Shown here one piece after another: positions 28,647 through 39,134 of a DNA stretch of 64,000 nucleotides (position 1 is the first letter of the stretch; the number at the start of each line of letters is the position of its first letter). The notes beneath the pieces were generated by a model, which saw only the letters and a program-made list of their open reading frames with translations, was not told the origin of the DNA and searched no databases. Origin of the DNA: Pedosphaera sp. Its GTDB lineage: Bacteria > Verrucomicrobiota > Verrucomicrobiia > Limisphaerales > SIBH01. Where the stretch lies: positions 1 to 64,000 of the forward strand of contig JANOQV010000159.1 in NCBI GenBank assembly GCA_031414955.1, given 5' to 3'. A program made the translations under genes and the position numbers.

Positions 28647-29638
28647 TTTCATCTATGGAAACGACCTCCTCAACTGATACGCGAACGCCGAGCGCCCCGC
28701 CCGTCCCCGCCGTGCAAACGAACGGCCTGACCCGCACTTACGGCGCGATGACGGCGCTCAGTTCGCTCGACCTCACCGTCCAGCGCGGCGATCTGTTCGG
28801 CTTCATCGGATCGAACGGCGCGGGCAAGACGACCACGCTACGCATCCTCGCCACTTTCCTCGCGCCCAGCGCCGGCAACGCCTACGTGCTCGGCCACGAC
28901 GTCGTGCGCGACGCCGATGCCGTGCGCCACGTCATCGGTTACATGCCGGATTTCTTCGGTGTGTACAAGGACATGGAGGTGACTGAGTACCTCGATTTCT
29001 TCGGCGCCTGCTACAAGATTCCCACCGCCCAGCGCGAGAAAACCGTCAGTGATGTGCTCGAACTCGTGGGCTTGACCGAGAAGAAGGGCGCGCTCATCGG
29101 AGCACTCAGTCGCGGCATGCAGCAGCGCCTCGGCCTGGCCCGCGTGCTCATCCATGATCCGCAACTGCTCCTGCTCGACGAGCCGGCCAGCGGACTCGAC
29201 CCGCGCGCGCGCATCGAGATGATGGCCGTGCTCCAGGAACTCCAGCGCATGGGCAAGACGATCATCATCTCGTCGCACATTCTCAGCGAGCTGCAGACGC
29301 TCTGTAACCAGGTTGCGATCATCGAGCGCGGCAAGTTGATTTACAGCGGCCCCGTCACCGGCGTCACCCAGCAGCTCTCCGAGACGCGCATCATGTGGGC
29401 CAAGGTTCCGCCCGAGCAGCACGTCCGCGCCATGGATCTGCTCAAGGTGCTGCCCCAGGTCCGCGCCGTGGAGGAACTGCAAGAACGCCTCAAGGTCACC
29501 ATGCTCAACCACGACACCGACCCCAGCATCATTTCCGAGACGCTGGTCCAAGGCGGGGTGAAGTTGCGCGGCCTGCGCGAGGATGAGATCGGCCTGGAGG
29601 AAGTCTTCATGCGCGTGACCAAGGGCGAGACGCAGTAA
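28643..29638 (+). CDS. ABC-2 type transporter ATP-binding protein
   Basis: GSNGAGKTT, LSRGMQQR, LLLDEP, SSH. Confidence 0.95.
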   Translation: MISSMETTSSTDTRTPSAPPVPAVQTNGLTRTYGAMTALSSLDLTVQRGDLFGFIGSNGAGKTTTLRILATFLAPSAGNAYVLGHDVVRDADAVRHVIGYMPDFFGVYKDMEVTEYLDFFGACYKIPTAQREKTVSDVLELVGLTEKKGALIGALSRGMQQRLGLARVLIHDPQLLLLDEPASGLDPRARIEMMAVLQELQRMGKTIIISSHILSELQTLCNQVAIIERGKLIYSGPVTGVTQQLSETRIMWAKVPPEQHVRAMDLLKVLPQVRAVEELQERLKVTMLNHDTDPSIISETLVQGGVKLRGLREDEIGLEEVFMRVTKGETQ

Positions 29639-29640
29639 TC

Positions 29641-29943
29641 ATGACTGCCGGTCAAAAAGTGGATCTAGTTCTCGGCGCGATACTGGCCGTGGCGGGGATT
29701 GTTTGGGTGATACGCGCCATCTGGTTTGCTCCGGCTGAACTCCTGTCCTCCAAGGTTTCTTCCGCTCTCTGGGGCTTTCTCTTGGTAATCCTTGGCTTGT
29801 TTCGCATCGGCAAGGCGCTTCAAGCGGCATGGGTGACTCCTGACCGCCGCGCGATCACGATCCTCGCGGTGCTCGCAGCTTGCATCATCTCCTGGTTGGT
29901 GGCGCGTCGGGCTGAAAAACGGCGGGAGATTCCCAAGCCGTGA
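29641..29943 (+). CDS. small three-TM membrane protein
   Basis: 100 aa, three hydrophobic helices, starts 2 nt after the ATPase stop. Confidence 0.55.
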   Translation: MTAGQKVDLVLGAILAVAGIVWVIRAIWFAPAELLSSKVSSALWGFLLVILGLFRIGKALQAAWVTPDRRAITILAVLAACIISWLVARRAEKRREIPKP

Positions 29944-30065
29944 GCACCAGATTTGTGGCAGCCGGAGATAACGATGGCGCTCCGACGGATTCACTTTTGA
30001 CTTTCTCCTCGCTCAATGCGGTCCATGTGCTGCGTGTCGTGGCGCGTTGCGCGCGACAGTTTCCG

Positions 30066-30122
30066 GTTGGTGTTTGGAGCTTGGTGTTTCTTTGGGGTTT
30101 GATGTTTGGAGTTTGGAGCTTC
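30066..30122. repeat. heptamer (ttggagc) repeat half-element
   Basis: Closely matches the reverse complement of 33636-33690. Confidence 0.7.
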
Positions 30123-30127
30123 CTCCC

Positions 30128-31849
30128 ATGACTTTCCTCCCCATCGTCGCCCGCGAGCTGCGTGTCACGGCACGCAAGCGCAGCACGTACTGGATTCGCT
30201 TCTCCGCTGCAGCGGTGGCGATGGCCGTGTGCGGCTGGTCGTTCATTTTCTTCACCCAGATGGGCGCAGCCAGCATGGCGGGCAAGATGTTATTCGGAGG
30301 AGCCGTCGGGCTGGCCTGGTTTTACGCGGTCATCGGTGGTGTCTTCAAAACCGCCGACACGCTCAGCGAGGAGAAGCGCGACGGCACACTCGGCCTGCTC
30401 TTCCTCACCGACCTCAGGGGTTACGACATCGTGCTGGGCAAGATGGTGGCCGCGTCGGTGAACTGGTTCTTCGGATTGATCGCGCTCTTCCCCGTCATGG
30501 CGTTGTCGCTGCTCATGGGTGGCGTCGCGCCGGGCGAGTTCTGGCGGAGCATTGTCGGGCTGACCAATCTGCTTTTCTACTCGCTCGCCCTGGGCATGTT
30601 CGTCTCGTCCTTCTCGCGCAACGAACGGCGCGCAGCGGGCCTCACCATCGGCCTGCTCGTGCTGCTGCTCTGGCTGCCTTCGAGCCTGGCCGAATGGCAG
30701 CAGCACCGTACCGGCGCCACGGTTCCGCCGCTCGGCCTGGTGCTGCCCGACGTGCTCAGCCCCATGCGTTTCGCCAGCGACTACGAATACGGACGCCAGC
30801 CGCAACTGTTCTGGCAGTCGCTCGCGGCGTCGCACGGCGTGGGCTGGCTGTTCATCGCCCTGGCCAGTCTCATCGTGCCGCGGACCTGGCAGCAGCCGAG
30901 CGGACGGGTCGCGCGCTGGGAGGAGCAGGCCGGGCAATTCAGTTATGGACGGAACGCCACGCGCCGTCGCCGCTTCCGTCAACGTGCGCTCGAACTGAAT
31001 CCTTTTTACTGGGTCGCGGCCCGCGCCCGGGGCCAGTCCGTCTCCATCCTCGCAGTCCTGCTGCTCGCCTGCGCCGGCTTCCTTTTCTGGTTCGTGCAGG
31101 ACCCGCAGGATTGGACCAATGAAGACTCCTATCTCTTCGCGACCTTCTGTTTGCACAGCATCATCAAGGTCTGGCTTGCGCTGGCCGCGTGCCGGCGGTT
31201 CGTGGATGACCGGCGCAGCGGCGCGTTGGAACTGATCCTCTGCACGCCGCTCACCACGGGCGAGGTGGTGCGCGGACAATGGCTCGCTCTCGGCCGTCAG
31301 TTCCTCGGACCGATCCTGCTCGTGCTGGTGGCGGACACGTTGCTGCTTTGCTTTGGCAGCTACGCCGTCAATTACCGACTCCCTCGCGACCAGGCGCTCT
31401 TCGCCCTGATGTTCGGCGCAAACGTGATCGTCTTCCTCGCCGACATTGTCGCGCTGGGGTTGCTCTCGATGTGGCGCGGCCTGAAGTCCCGCCATTCGTA
31501 CACCGCGTGGCTGTGGTGCGTGGTGCAAGTGCTGGCGCTGCCGTGGGTGATCTTCTACGTCGGGCTGACGGTGTTCTTCATGCTCGCTTTCCTGCCCAGG
31601 GTCATGACCCAGGCCAACGCCAACACGGGCTGGACCCAGACGCTCATGGATTACATGGCGTTCTTTATGACGGGGATGTGGTTCGTCGGCTGCATGGCCA
31701 TGGCAATCCTCTCGGCCTGGTGGGCGTGGCGTTGCTTGAGGTCGAAGTTTCGCGAGCAAGTCACGGGAGTCTTCACGGCCGGAGCGCCCTTTCGAGCCAG
31801 GCCAACTCCCGTTCCACCCACCTTGCCTTCCCCGGCTGAACGAGTTTGA
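30128..31849 (+). CDS. ABC-2 permease, internally duplicated (paralogue 1)
   Basis: PIVARELRV; SEEKRDGTLGLLFLTDL; second-half DRRSGALELILCTPL. Confidence 0.85.
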   Translation: MTFLPIVARELRVTARKRSTYWIRFSAAAVAMAVCGWSFIFFTQMGAASMAGKMLFGGAVGLAWFYAVIGGVFKTADTLSEEKRDGTLGLLFLTDLRGYDIVLGKMVAASVNWFFGLIALFPVMALSLLMGGVAPGEFWRSIVGLTNLLFYSLALGMFVSSFSRNERRAAGLTIGLLVLLLWLPSSLAEWQQHRTGATVPPLGLVLPDVLSPMRFASDYEYGRQPQLFWQSLAASHGVGWLFIALASLIVPRTWQQPSGRVARWEEQAGQFSYGRNATRRRRFRQRALELNPFYWVAARARGQSVSILAVLLLACAGFLFWFVQDPQDWTNEDSYLFATFCLHSIIKVWLALAACRRFVDDRRSGALELILCTPLTTGEVVRGQWLALGRQFLGPILLVLVADTLLLCFGSYAVNYRLPRDQALFALMFGANVIVFLADIVALGLLSMWRGLKSRHSYTAWLWCVVQVLALPWVIFYVGLTVFFMLAFLPRVMTQANANTGWTQTLMDYMAFFMTGMWFVGCMAMAILSAWWAWRCLRSKFREQVTGVFTAGAPFRARPTPVPPTLPSPAERV

Positions 31850-31929
31850 CCACGCCAGGCGAAACCCGGCCTGGTTCGGCGATTGGTGTTTGATGTCATG
31901 AACTCCTTTGCTGTTTGGTTGGTCTGCGC

Positions 31930-33633
31930 ATGACGTTGTTGCCCATCGTCGCCCGGGAACTGCGCGTGGCCTCGCGCCGCGCCGCGACTTACTGGACGCG
32001 CTTCACCTTCGCGCTGCTGGCCATCATCGTCGGTTCGTTTGCCTGGGCCATGCTCCTTCACCAATCGCCGCGGGAGACGGGCTACAGGCTTTTTATCTGG
32101 CTGGCCGTCCTCGCCTACCTCTACTCGCTCATCAGCGGCGCGCTGGCCACGGCGGATTGCGTGAGCGAGGAGAAGCGCGAAGGCACGCTCGGGCTGCTCT
32201 TCCTCACCGACCTGCGCAGCTACGACATCGTGCTCGGCAAGCTCGCCGCCTCTTCCATCACCGCCATCTACGGGCTGCTGGCACTCTTTCCCATCCTGGG
32301 CATTCCGTTGCTGCTCGGTGGCGTGGCCCCGGCGGAATTCTGGCGCGTGGTCCTGGTGTGCCTGAACAACCTTTTCTTCTCGCTCACTCTGGGGCTGATT
32401 TGCTCCACGCTCTGCAAGGACGAGCGCAAATCCATCGGGCTGGCGATCCTGATTATCCTTCTCATCACGGCCGCCTGGCCCGGTCTCGTGGCGTGGATCG
32501 CCGTCTCGATTCAATCCAGCCATCCGCTCTACAACCTGCTCCGCAATCACCCCGAGGGTCTGCTGGTCCCCACTCCCGGCTTCGCCTGTTTCTTCGCTTT
32601 CGACGACGCCTACAAATCAATGACGAGGGGCGCGACCTTCAACTGGTTCTACCTCTCGCTGGGGGTCGTCAACGCGATGGGCTGGGTGTCGCTGATTCTC
32701 ACCACGATCATTCTGCCGCGCATCTGGCACGACAAGGCCGCGACGGCCGCGACGTTGCGCCGCCGCGAGAAAGTGCGGGTCTGGACGGCGGGCACCAGCG
32801 ATGTCCGCGACGCCTTCCGCCGCCACCTGCTCGAGATCAATCCCTTCTACTGGCTGGCCTCGCGCGACCGTTTCAAGGGGACGCTGGTCTGGCTTTGGGT
32901 CGGCGCGGCCGCGCTCGTCTGGGCGCTCGGACTGGCCAACGCGCGGCGCGACTGGCTGGAGGTCGGCGTGTACGTGATGACCGCGTTGCTGGCGCATTCG
33001 TTCTTCAAATGCTGGGTGGCGATGGAGGCTTCGAAACAGCTCGGGGCGGATCGTCGCAGCGGCGCGCTGGAACTGCTCCTCTCCACGCCCCTGAGCGTGC
33101 CGGACATTTTGCGCGGCCAATGGTTGGCGCTCCTCCGACAGTTCGGCCCTGCGGTGGCCCTAGTCTGCGCGGTGGATCTGGTGTTCCTCGGCCTGGGGCT
33201 GAAGGAGACGGGTTCAAACGATCGCGGTTCGTGGATTCTGACGTGCCTCGCCGGCATTGGCGTCTTCGTCCTCGACCTGATCACGCTCGCGCTGCTCTCG
33301 ATGTGGTTGAGCCTGCGGGGCCGCAAGACCAGCCAGGCCGGCCTCAGCGCCATCGTGCGCGTGTGCGTGGTGCCGTGGTTTCTCTTCGGTGCCTTCTGCG
33401 CCTTCGTGGCCGTGCTCGACGAAGTCTTCGGCTACAGCGCGCTCCCCAGCGACTACCGCGAAGGCCAATGGCTGCTCACCGTTTGGGTCGGCATCTCGGC
33501 CGTGAACGACTTCCTGCTCGGCGCCTCAGCCCTGCGCAACCTGCGCACGCGCTTTCGCTCGGTGGCGATGGAACGCGTTGAGACGAGGGCGGGGATTTGG
33601 CAAAGGTTGTTGGCGAGAAAGCGGGTGGAATGA
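31930..33633 (+). CDS. ABC-2 permease, internally duplicated (paralogue 2)
   Basis: PIVARELRV; SEEKREGTLGLLFLTDL; DRRSGALELLLSTPL. Confidence 0.85.
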   Translation: MTLLPIVARELRVASRRAATYWTRFTFALLAIIVGSFAWAMLLHQSPRETGYRLFIWLAVLAYLYSLISGALATADCVSEEKREGTLGLLFLTDLRSYDIVLGKLAASSITAIYGLLALFPILGIPLLLGGVAPAEFWRVVLVCLNNLFFSLTLGLICSTLCKDERKSIGLAILIILLITAAWPGLVAWIAVSIQSSHPLYNLLRNHPEGLLVPTPGFACFFAFDDAYKSMTRGATFNWFYLSLGVVNAMGWVSLILTTIILPRIWHDKAATAATLRRREKVRVWTAGTSDVRDAFRRHLLEINPFYWLASRDRFKGTLVWLWVGAAALVWALGLANARRDWLEVGVYVMTALLAHSFFKCWVAMEASKQLGADRRSGALELLLSTPLSVPDILRGQWLALLRQFGPAVALVCAVDLVFLGLGLKETGSNDRGSWILTCLAGIGVFVLDLITLALLSMWLSLRGRKTSQAGLSAIVRVCVVPWFLFGAFCAFVAVLDEVFGYSALPSDYREGQWLLTVWVGISAVNDFLLGASALRNLRTRFRSVAMERVETRAGIWQRLLARKRVE

Positions 33634-33635
33634 AA

Positions 33636-33767
33636 ACCCCAAGCTCCAAGCTCCAAGCACCAGGGAAACACCAAGCTCCAAGCTCCAACTCGCCGCGGGC
33701 GGGCCAGTGGATTGGTGTTTGGGATTTGGAGCTTCTCTGGAACTTGGAGCTTGGAGCTTGGAGCTTT
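33636..33767. repeat. palindromic heptamer-repeat element (ccaagct)n...(ttggagc)n
   Basis: Fills the spacer between permease 2 and permease 3. Confidence 0.85.
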
Positions 33768-33772
33768 CCCCC

Positions 33773-35335
33773 ATGAGTTACCTCCCCATGGTCGAACGCG
33801 AACTGCGCTCCCGCGCGCGGAAGCGCTCGACCTATTGGGTGCGGGGCGGGGCGGCCTTCCTCGCCACGGCCATCGCCGGGTTTGTACTGATGTTCATGTC
33901 TGGCATGGGCGGAGGGGCTGTCGGCCACGGCGTGATGGAGGTGCTGGCCTGGCTGGCCTTTCCGTTCGTGGTGCTGGAAGGATTGCGCAACACCGCCGAC
34001 TCGCTCAGCGCCGAGAAACGCGAGGGCACGCTTGGGCTGCTCTTCCTCACCGACCTGCGCGGCTACGACGTGGTGCTGGGGAAATTCTTCGCCTCTTCGC
34101 TCACCAGCTTCTACGCGCTGCTGGCCATGGTCCCGGCGCTCGCGGTGCCGGTGTTGCTCGGCGGCGTGACGGGCGCGGAGTTCTGGCGGCTCGTGCTCGC
34201 GCTGATTAATGCGCTGTTCTTTTCGCTCACGGCGGGGACGTTGATTTCCGCGATTAGCCGTTCCGAACGGCGCGCCTGGACCGCGACCTTCGCGTTCATC
34301 GGGTTGTTCGTCATCCTCGTTCCCGCCGCAGCCACCGCCACGCAACAGCAATGGCTGATGAACTTCAGCCCGTTCACGTCCTTCATGCTGCACGCCGAGA
34401 CGGATTACACCGCCGCCCCCGCGCTTTATTGGCGCGCGCTTTGGATACCGCATGTGATGAGCTGGGTGTGCCTGGCCCTCGCCAGCGTCCTGCTGCCGAT
34501 TAGCTGGCAGGAATCAGGCCGGCGATCCGGTCAACGCCGCCACGTCGTCGAACCGGAGCGCGCCCACCGTCGGCGCAACGCCATGCTCGCCGTCAATCCC
34601 ATCTGGTGGCTGACCTCGCGCCACACCCATCAGCGCGCCTGGCTCTGGCTGGCCGTGTCTGTGGTTGCGGTGCTGGCGGTCGCTAGTTTCACAGCCTTGC
34701 AGGGGAGCGGAAACAGCCTGTGGGCGCTCTACGGCGGGATGGTGGCTGTGCATCTCTTGCTCGCGGTCTGGGTGGCCTTTGAGGCTTGTGATTCCTTCTC
34801 CGAGGCGCGCAGTACCGGCGCCGTGGAACTGCTGCTCTCCACGCCGCTACCCGTCCGGCAGATTTTGCGCGGGCAGCATCTCGCACTGCGTGAATTGTTC
34901 CTTGGCCCAGTCGTGTTTCTCCTCAGCGTGGAAGTGCTATTGACCGGTGCGCAAATTTTCCTCATGGCGAGCAGCGCCGGACCTTTCATGGAAAGGGCGG
35001 CCGTCCTGCTCTTGCTCGGATTTAGTTTGGTCTGGTTCATCCTGGATCTGCTGGCCGTGGCCGAAGTCGGCATGTGGTACGGCTTGACCTCCCAGAAACC
35101 CACCCAAGCCATGACCAAGACCATCCTGGTCGTCCTCGTGCTGCCGCTGCTCGGCGCAGCCTGCTGCTATCCCATCCTGCCGGGCTTGATGGTGGCCAAG
35201 AGCGTGATCTTTTACACCTGGGCGCAGAGCAAGCTGGAGAGGGAGTTCCGCCGTGCCGCCACGGAACGCTACGACTTGCCGGGGGCGAGGCGGTGGTTTG
35301 GGGGCGGGCCGAGGAAGCTGAAGATGCCGCAGTGA
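33773..35335 (+). CDS. ABC-2 permease, internally duplicated (paralogue 3)
   Basis: PMVERELRS; SAEKREGTLGLLFLTDL; ARSTGAVELLLSTPL. Confidence 0.85.
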   Translation: MSYLPMVERELRSRARKRSTYWVRGGAAFLATAIAGFVLMFMSGMGGGAVGHGVMEVLAWLAFPFVVLEGLRNTADSLSAEKREGTLGLLFLTDLRGYDVVLGKFFASSLTSFYALLAMVPALAVPVLLGGVTGAEFWRLVLALINALFFSLTAGTLISAISRSERRAWTATFAFIGLFVILVPAAATATQQQWLMNFSPFTSFMLHAETDYTAAPALYWRALWIPHVMSWVCLALASVLLPISWQESGRRSGQRRHVVEPERAHRRRNAMLAVNPIWWLTSRHTHQRAWLWLAVSVVAVLAVASFTALQGSGNSLWALYGGMVAVHLLLAVWVAFEACDSFSEARSTGAVELLLSTPLPVRQILRGQHLALRELFLGPVVFLLSVEVLLTGAQIFLMASSAGPFMERAAVLLLLGFSLVWFILDLLAVAEVGMWYGLTSQKPTQAMTKTILVVLVLPLLGAACCYPILPGLMVAKSVIFYTWAQSKLEREFRRAATERYDLPGARRWFGGGPRKLKMPQ

Positions 35336-35434
35336 AAACTGCTGGGCTTCAGTGCTTCGCTCAATGCGTTAGCGTCAGGGCGTCGGGCAATGGGTTGAGC
35401 TGGCGTGTCAATTCCGCAGCTTCTGGTCCCTCTG

Positions 35435-35532
35435 CATTTTTCTGCCATCAAAACTTTCTGCCAGGATTTCCTGTGCCGCACCATCGGCGGCCCCGGATGA
35501 GCATGGCAGAAAGATTTGATGGCAGAAAAATG
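35435..35532. repeat. REP-like palindrome of the ttctgcc/ggcagaa family
   Basis: catttttctgccatcaaaactttctgcca ... tggcagaaagatttgatggcagaaaaatg; relatives at ~11217-11266 and ~50407-50484. Confidence 0.75.
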
Positions 35533-35858
35533 GAGGTTGATCTGTCTGTTCGTTGCGATACCCATTCCAGCCACCTTGCGTGAGATTGCGTGAGAACAGC
35601 CCGTGTACAAAAGAAAAGAGCCGGACCAACTCCGGCTCAATGATGACAAGGTCATATACGCCTTCACCGAGGCGCTCAGAAGGGTAGCACGGCCAACTTT
35701 TATCGCTGTTCGAACCGCGCTACGAGCAAGACCTCTCTGCCAACCCTAAACGAACAGCGAAACTCATCTGGTATAATGGACCGCGCGGGAGCAAATCCGT
35801 TCAAAATCACTTTGAGCAATTTGGACGGCTATAAATCGCGCTGGGCCACCCACCAGAA

Positions 35859-37433
35859 CTAGCTGATCGGCTGGGGATTCCGCCAGGCATGGCCCCGCAC
35901 CGAGAGCAACTGATCGGCGGCAATTGGCCCCCAAGTCCCCGCCGCGTAAAACTCCCGCTCGGTCAGCGATTCTTCACCCCAGCCAGCACGAATCGGATCC
36001 ACGATGCCCCAAGCCGTCTCCACTTCGTCGCGGCGGATGAACAACGTGGCGTCGCCCTCGATGGCCTCCAGCAGCAACCGCTCATAAGCCTCCGGAGTGT
36101 AGGCGCCAAATTCCGAGTCGTAGCTGAAGTGCATCCGCACCGGGCGCAGTTGCAGGCTGGTGCCGGGAATCTTGCCGTTGATGCGCAGCGTGATGCCCTC
36201 GTTCGGTTGGAGACGCAGGGTGATGGAATTGGCGTCGAGCTTGGGCCCGCACTGCGCGGCGAAGAGCACGCTGGGCGTGGGCTTGAACTGCACCCGAATC
36301 TCGCTCGCGCTCTGCGCCAGGTATTTTCCCGTGCGCAAATAAAACGGCACGCCCGACCAGCGCCAGTTGTCGATCATGAACTTGGCCGCCACGTAGGTCT
36401 CCACGTTCGAGCCGGGCTTGACCTTGTTTTCCTGGCGATAGGCCGGCACGGGCTTGCCATCCATGTCGCCCTCGGTGTACTGGCCGCGCACCACGTTCGT
36501 CGCCACCTGGCTGGGCTGAAGCGGGCGGATCGAGCGGAGCAACTTCACCTTCTCATCGCGGATGGCTTCCGCCTCCAGCGAGGTCGGCGGCTCCATCGTG
36601 GAGAGCGCGAGCACTTGCAGCAGATGGTTCTGCATCATGTCACGCAGCGCGCCCGCCTCCTCGTAATAACCGCCGCGCGAACCCACCCCGAGCTTCTCGC
36701 TCACGGTGATCTGCACGTTGTCCACGCACTGGCGGTTCCAGAGCTGCTCGAAGATGGAATTGGCGAAGCGGAAAATGAGGATGTTCTGCACCGTCTCCTT
36801 GCCGAGATAGTGGTCGATGCGGAAGATCTGCCGCTCGTGAGCGTGCTGCGTCAGGTCGCCGTTTAACAATCGCGCCGAGGCCAGATCGTGGCCAAAGGGC
36901 TTCTCGACTACGAGCCGCTGCCAGCCCGAGCTGGCGGGCCGCTCCTTGTGCAGCAAGTTGGCGTTGTTCAGATGCCCGACCACTTCGGCGAACTGGCTGG
37001 GCGAGGTGGAGAGGTAAAACAACTGGTTCTTCCGCAAGCCCTCGTGCTCGAAGCCTTCGATCATCAGCTTCAGCTTCTGGTAAGCCGCCGCGTCGCCGAA
37101 CTCGCCCTGGCAATAAAAGACGCTCGCGGCGAACTCGTTCCAGATGGCCGCGTCCACCTGCTTCGTGCGGGAAAATTTCTCCAGCCCCTCCTTCAATTCC
37201 GTGCGCCACGCCTCGTGAGACTTCTCGCGCCGGGCAAAGCCGATGATGCGAAAGGGCGTGGGCAACTGCTGGCTGGCGGCCAGATGATAGAGCGCGGGGA
37301 TGAGCTTGCGCGCCGTGAGGTCGCCGCTCGCGCCGAAGATGACGATGGTGCAAGGCTCGGACTTCCGGCGTCCGAAATCCAGCCGGCACGTCAGCAACTC
37401 ATCCAGCGGATCGCCGTTCTCCAAATCTTGCAT
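35859..37433 (-). CDS. zwf: glucose-6-phosphate 1-dehydrogenase
   Basis: [46 protein letters not shown]. Confidence 0.97.
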   Translation of the reverse strand: MQDLENGDPLDELLTCRLDFGRRKSEPCTIVIFGASGDLTARKLIPALYHLAASQQLPTPFRIIGFARREKSHEAWRTELKEGLEKFSRTKQVDAAIWNEFAASVFYCQGEFGDAAAYQKLKLMIEGFEHEGLRKNQLFYLSTSPSQFAEVVGHLNNANLLHKERPASSGWQRLVVEKPFGHDLASARLLNGDLTQHAHERQIFRIDHYLGKETVQNILIFRFANSIFEQLWNRQCVDNVQITVSEKLGVGSRGGYYEEAGALRDMMQNHLLQVLALSTMEPPTSLEAEAIRDEKVKLLRSIRPLQPSQVATNVVRGQYTEGDMDGKPVPAYRQENKVKPGSNVETYVAAKFMIDNWRWSGVPFYLRTGKYLAQSASEIRVQFKPTPSVLFAAQCGPKLDANSITLRLQPNEGITLRINGKIPGTSLQLRPVRMHFSYDSEFGAYTPEAYERLLLEAIEGDATLFIRRDEVETAWGIVDPIRAGWGEESLTEREFYAAGTWGPIAADQLLSVRGHAWRNPQPIS

Positions 37434-37603
37434 CGGAGAAACATGGCGACTGGGCCGGCGCAATTCAATCATTCTGGGCCGTCGTCTCCCTGAATCACAT
37501 TCATGGAGTGCATGAACCGGCGCGACGTAGCGCCGGCTTTCCAGCCGGCAGGTGAGGGAGATTTTCCAGTCTCCAGTTCATGGGACCGAGACCACCCCAG
37601 CCC

Positions 37604-37987
37604 TCAACTCCCCACCCTCCACAGTGGCGGCTTCACCGCGCTCCGCTGCAGGAGCAGCCGGGGATTTTGCGACCGGTTGAAGGATTCAAGCACCTGGTCG
37701 TAATGCTCCCGCGCATCCCCGGCCTCCGCCCGCCACAACTCCGCGTAGGCTTTCGCCAGTTCCTGCGGGCTGTTGATCATCAGACCCAGCAGTTCGGCCA
37801 GCGGCTGGTTGCAATCGTTCAGCCAGAACTCCCTGGCCGGCCCGCGCGCGGCGGCGGCGATGGCAAGCGCCGCCGAGCCGCAAAACGGTTCCACCACACG
37901 CTGCACTTCCGTCGGGAACTGTTGCAGGATCACTGCCGCCAGCGCGCGCTTGCTGCCCTGATACTGGAATGGTTGCGGAACAATCAT
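37604..37987 (-). pseudogene. truncated Dam-family (D12 class) DNA adenine methyltransferase
   Basis: PFQYQGSKRALA, VEPFCGSAA, WLNDCN; only 127 aa, no DPPY, ends in a heptamer repeat. Confidence 0.8.
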
Positions 37988-38226
37988 CTTCCTGATTGCC
38001 GCCGCGATTTAGCCGGAACAGTGTCGAACATGCGATGGGATTCTTGCCGCCACCTGGCTCACACGCCGCCGGGAGCCGCGCTCCAGCACGGGCGAAACAG
38101 CCTTGGCGTGGAATGCCCCTCTCCGCATCCGATGGGGAGAGGGATCAAGGGTGAGGTGTCAGGTAGTTTCAAGCTGGCCGCTTCGCGCTTGATGAATGAA
38201 AACATCTCCCTCTTCGGCCAACGGAC

Positions 38227-38314
38227 CAGGGCTGGTCCTTGCCTCGCAGCGCGAGGCTTGCCACCTCCGCATCGTCCCATCGTTCGTCAACGGTGGACGG
38301 ATGCGCCCACCCGC
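38227..38314. repeat. ~88-bp dispersed repeat, copy A
   Basis: gcctcgcagcgcgaggcttgccacc...cgtcaacggtggacggatgc; copy B at 40805-40892, inverted partial copy at ~39244-39280. Confidence 0.8.
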
Positions 38315-38592
38315 AGGTGCAGGAGTGGATGGAGGAGCTGGAGGAATTGCGCAAACACATCCCGAAGGAGGATGGGCCATAAGGTGCGAGTTCGGCTCCC
38401 TCTCCGCCCAGCAGGAGGAGAGGACTGGGGAGAGGAGGCACACATCCAATGCGCGTGAAGGGGGCGGTTCTAACAATCGACCATGGTTCATGGTTGTGCA
38501 TTGGGGCGGTTACCGCTGGTCCCGACGTGATCCCGCCGGGTCTCAGTGAAGAGTTGAAGAACGAAATGGGCATGGCCAGGCGGCCGAGCAAA

Positions 38593-38632
38593 GGTTGAGG
38601 GTTGAGGGTTGAAAGTTGAGGGACGGAACAGT
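38593..38632 (+). repeat. left direct repeat (ggttgag)n-ggacggaacagt
   Basis: Partner at 39115-39147. Confidence 0.8.
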
Positions 38633-38705
38633 TCAGCACGAGCCGCAAGAGGTTGAAGAGCGAATTGGGAATGGTCATCTTTCACCGCACGTTTTCAATA
38701 CTGTC

Positions 38706-39134
38706 ATGAGCCTGCACCTACGCGTCAAACCACTGAATGAGCAGCAAGAGCTGGTGGTGCGCCTCAAGGACGAGGAGAAGTTGACCCATGATGAAATCGC
38801 CCGGCGGTTGGGAGTTTCAGGGCATCGGGCGCGGCAGCTTTATGCGGAAGCCCGGCAGCGACGGAAGGATTTTGCCCGGCACGGCGAGGAGTCGTTGTTT
38901 CTGCTGCCCGGACGCGTCCGGCATTTCGTGGAGCTTTACGACTTGGGAAATCGGACGCAAATCCGCGCGGCCATCGAATCGGGCCGGTTGCGCTGGGACT
39001 ATGATTGGGGCCGGCTTTTTCTGGGAGAGCTTTCGGTGCGCCACTGCGGTTGGGATACCTGGGTGGTGTTGCATGAATGGGCTGGCCTGCCCGCTCCCAG
39101 TCCCGCTGGAAATCGGTTGAGGGTTGAGGGTTGA
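38706..39134 (+). CDS. small protein with sigma70 region-4-like HTH
   Basis: LNEQQELVVRL....LTHDEIARRLGVSGHRARQLYAEA. Confidence 0.7.
   Translation: MSLHLRVKPLNEQQELVVRLKDEEKLTHDEIARRLGVSGHRARQLYAEARQRRKDFARHGEESLFLLPGRVRHFVELYDLGNRTQIRAAIESGRLRWDYDWGRLFLGELSVRHCGWDTWVVLHEWAGLPAPSPAGNRLRVEG

Noticed and set aside
35580..35858. Lower-GC spacer between the permease and zwf as a gene remnant
   Set aside because: Only short ORFs without recognisable motifs; a call cannot be supported
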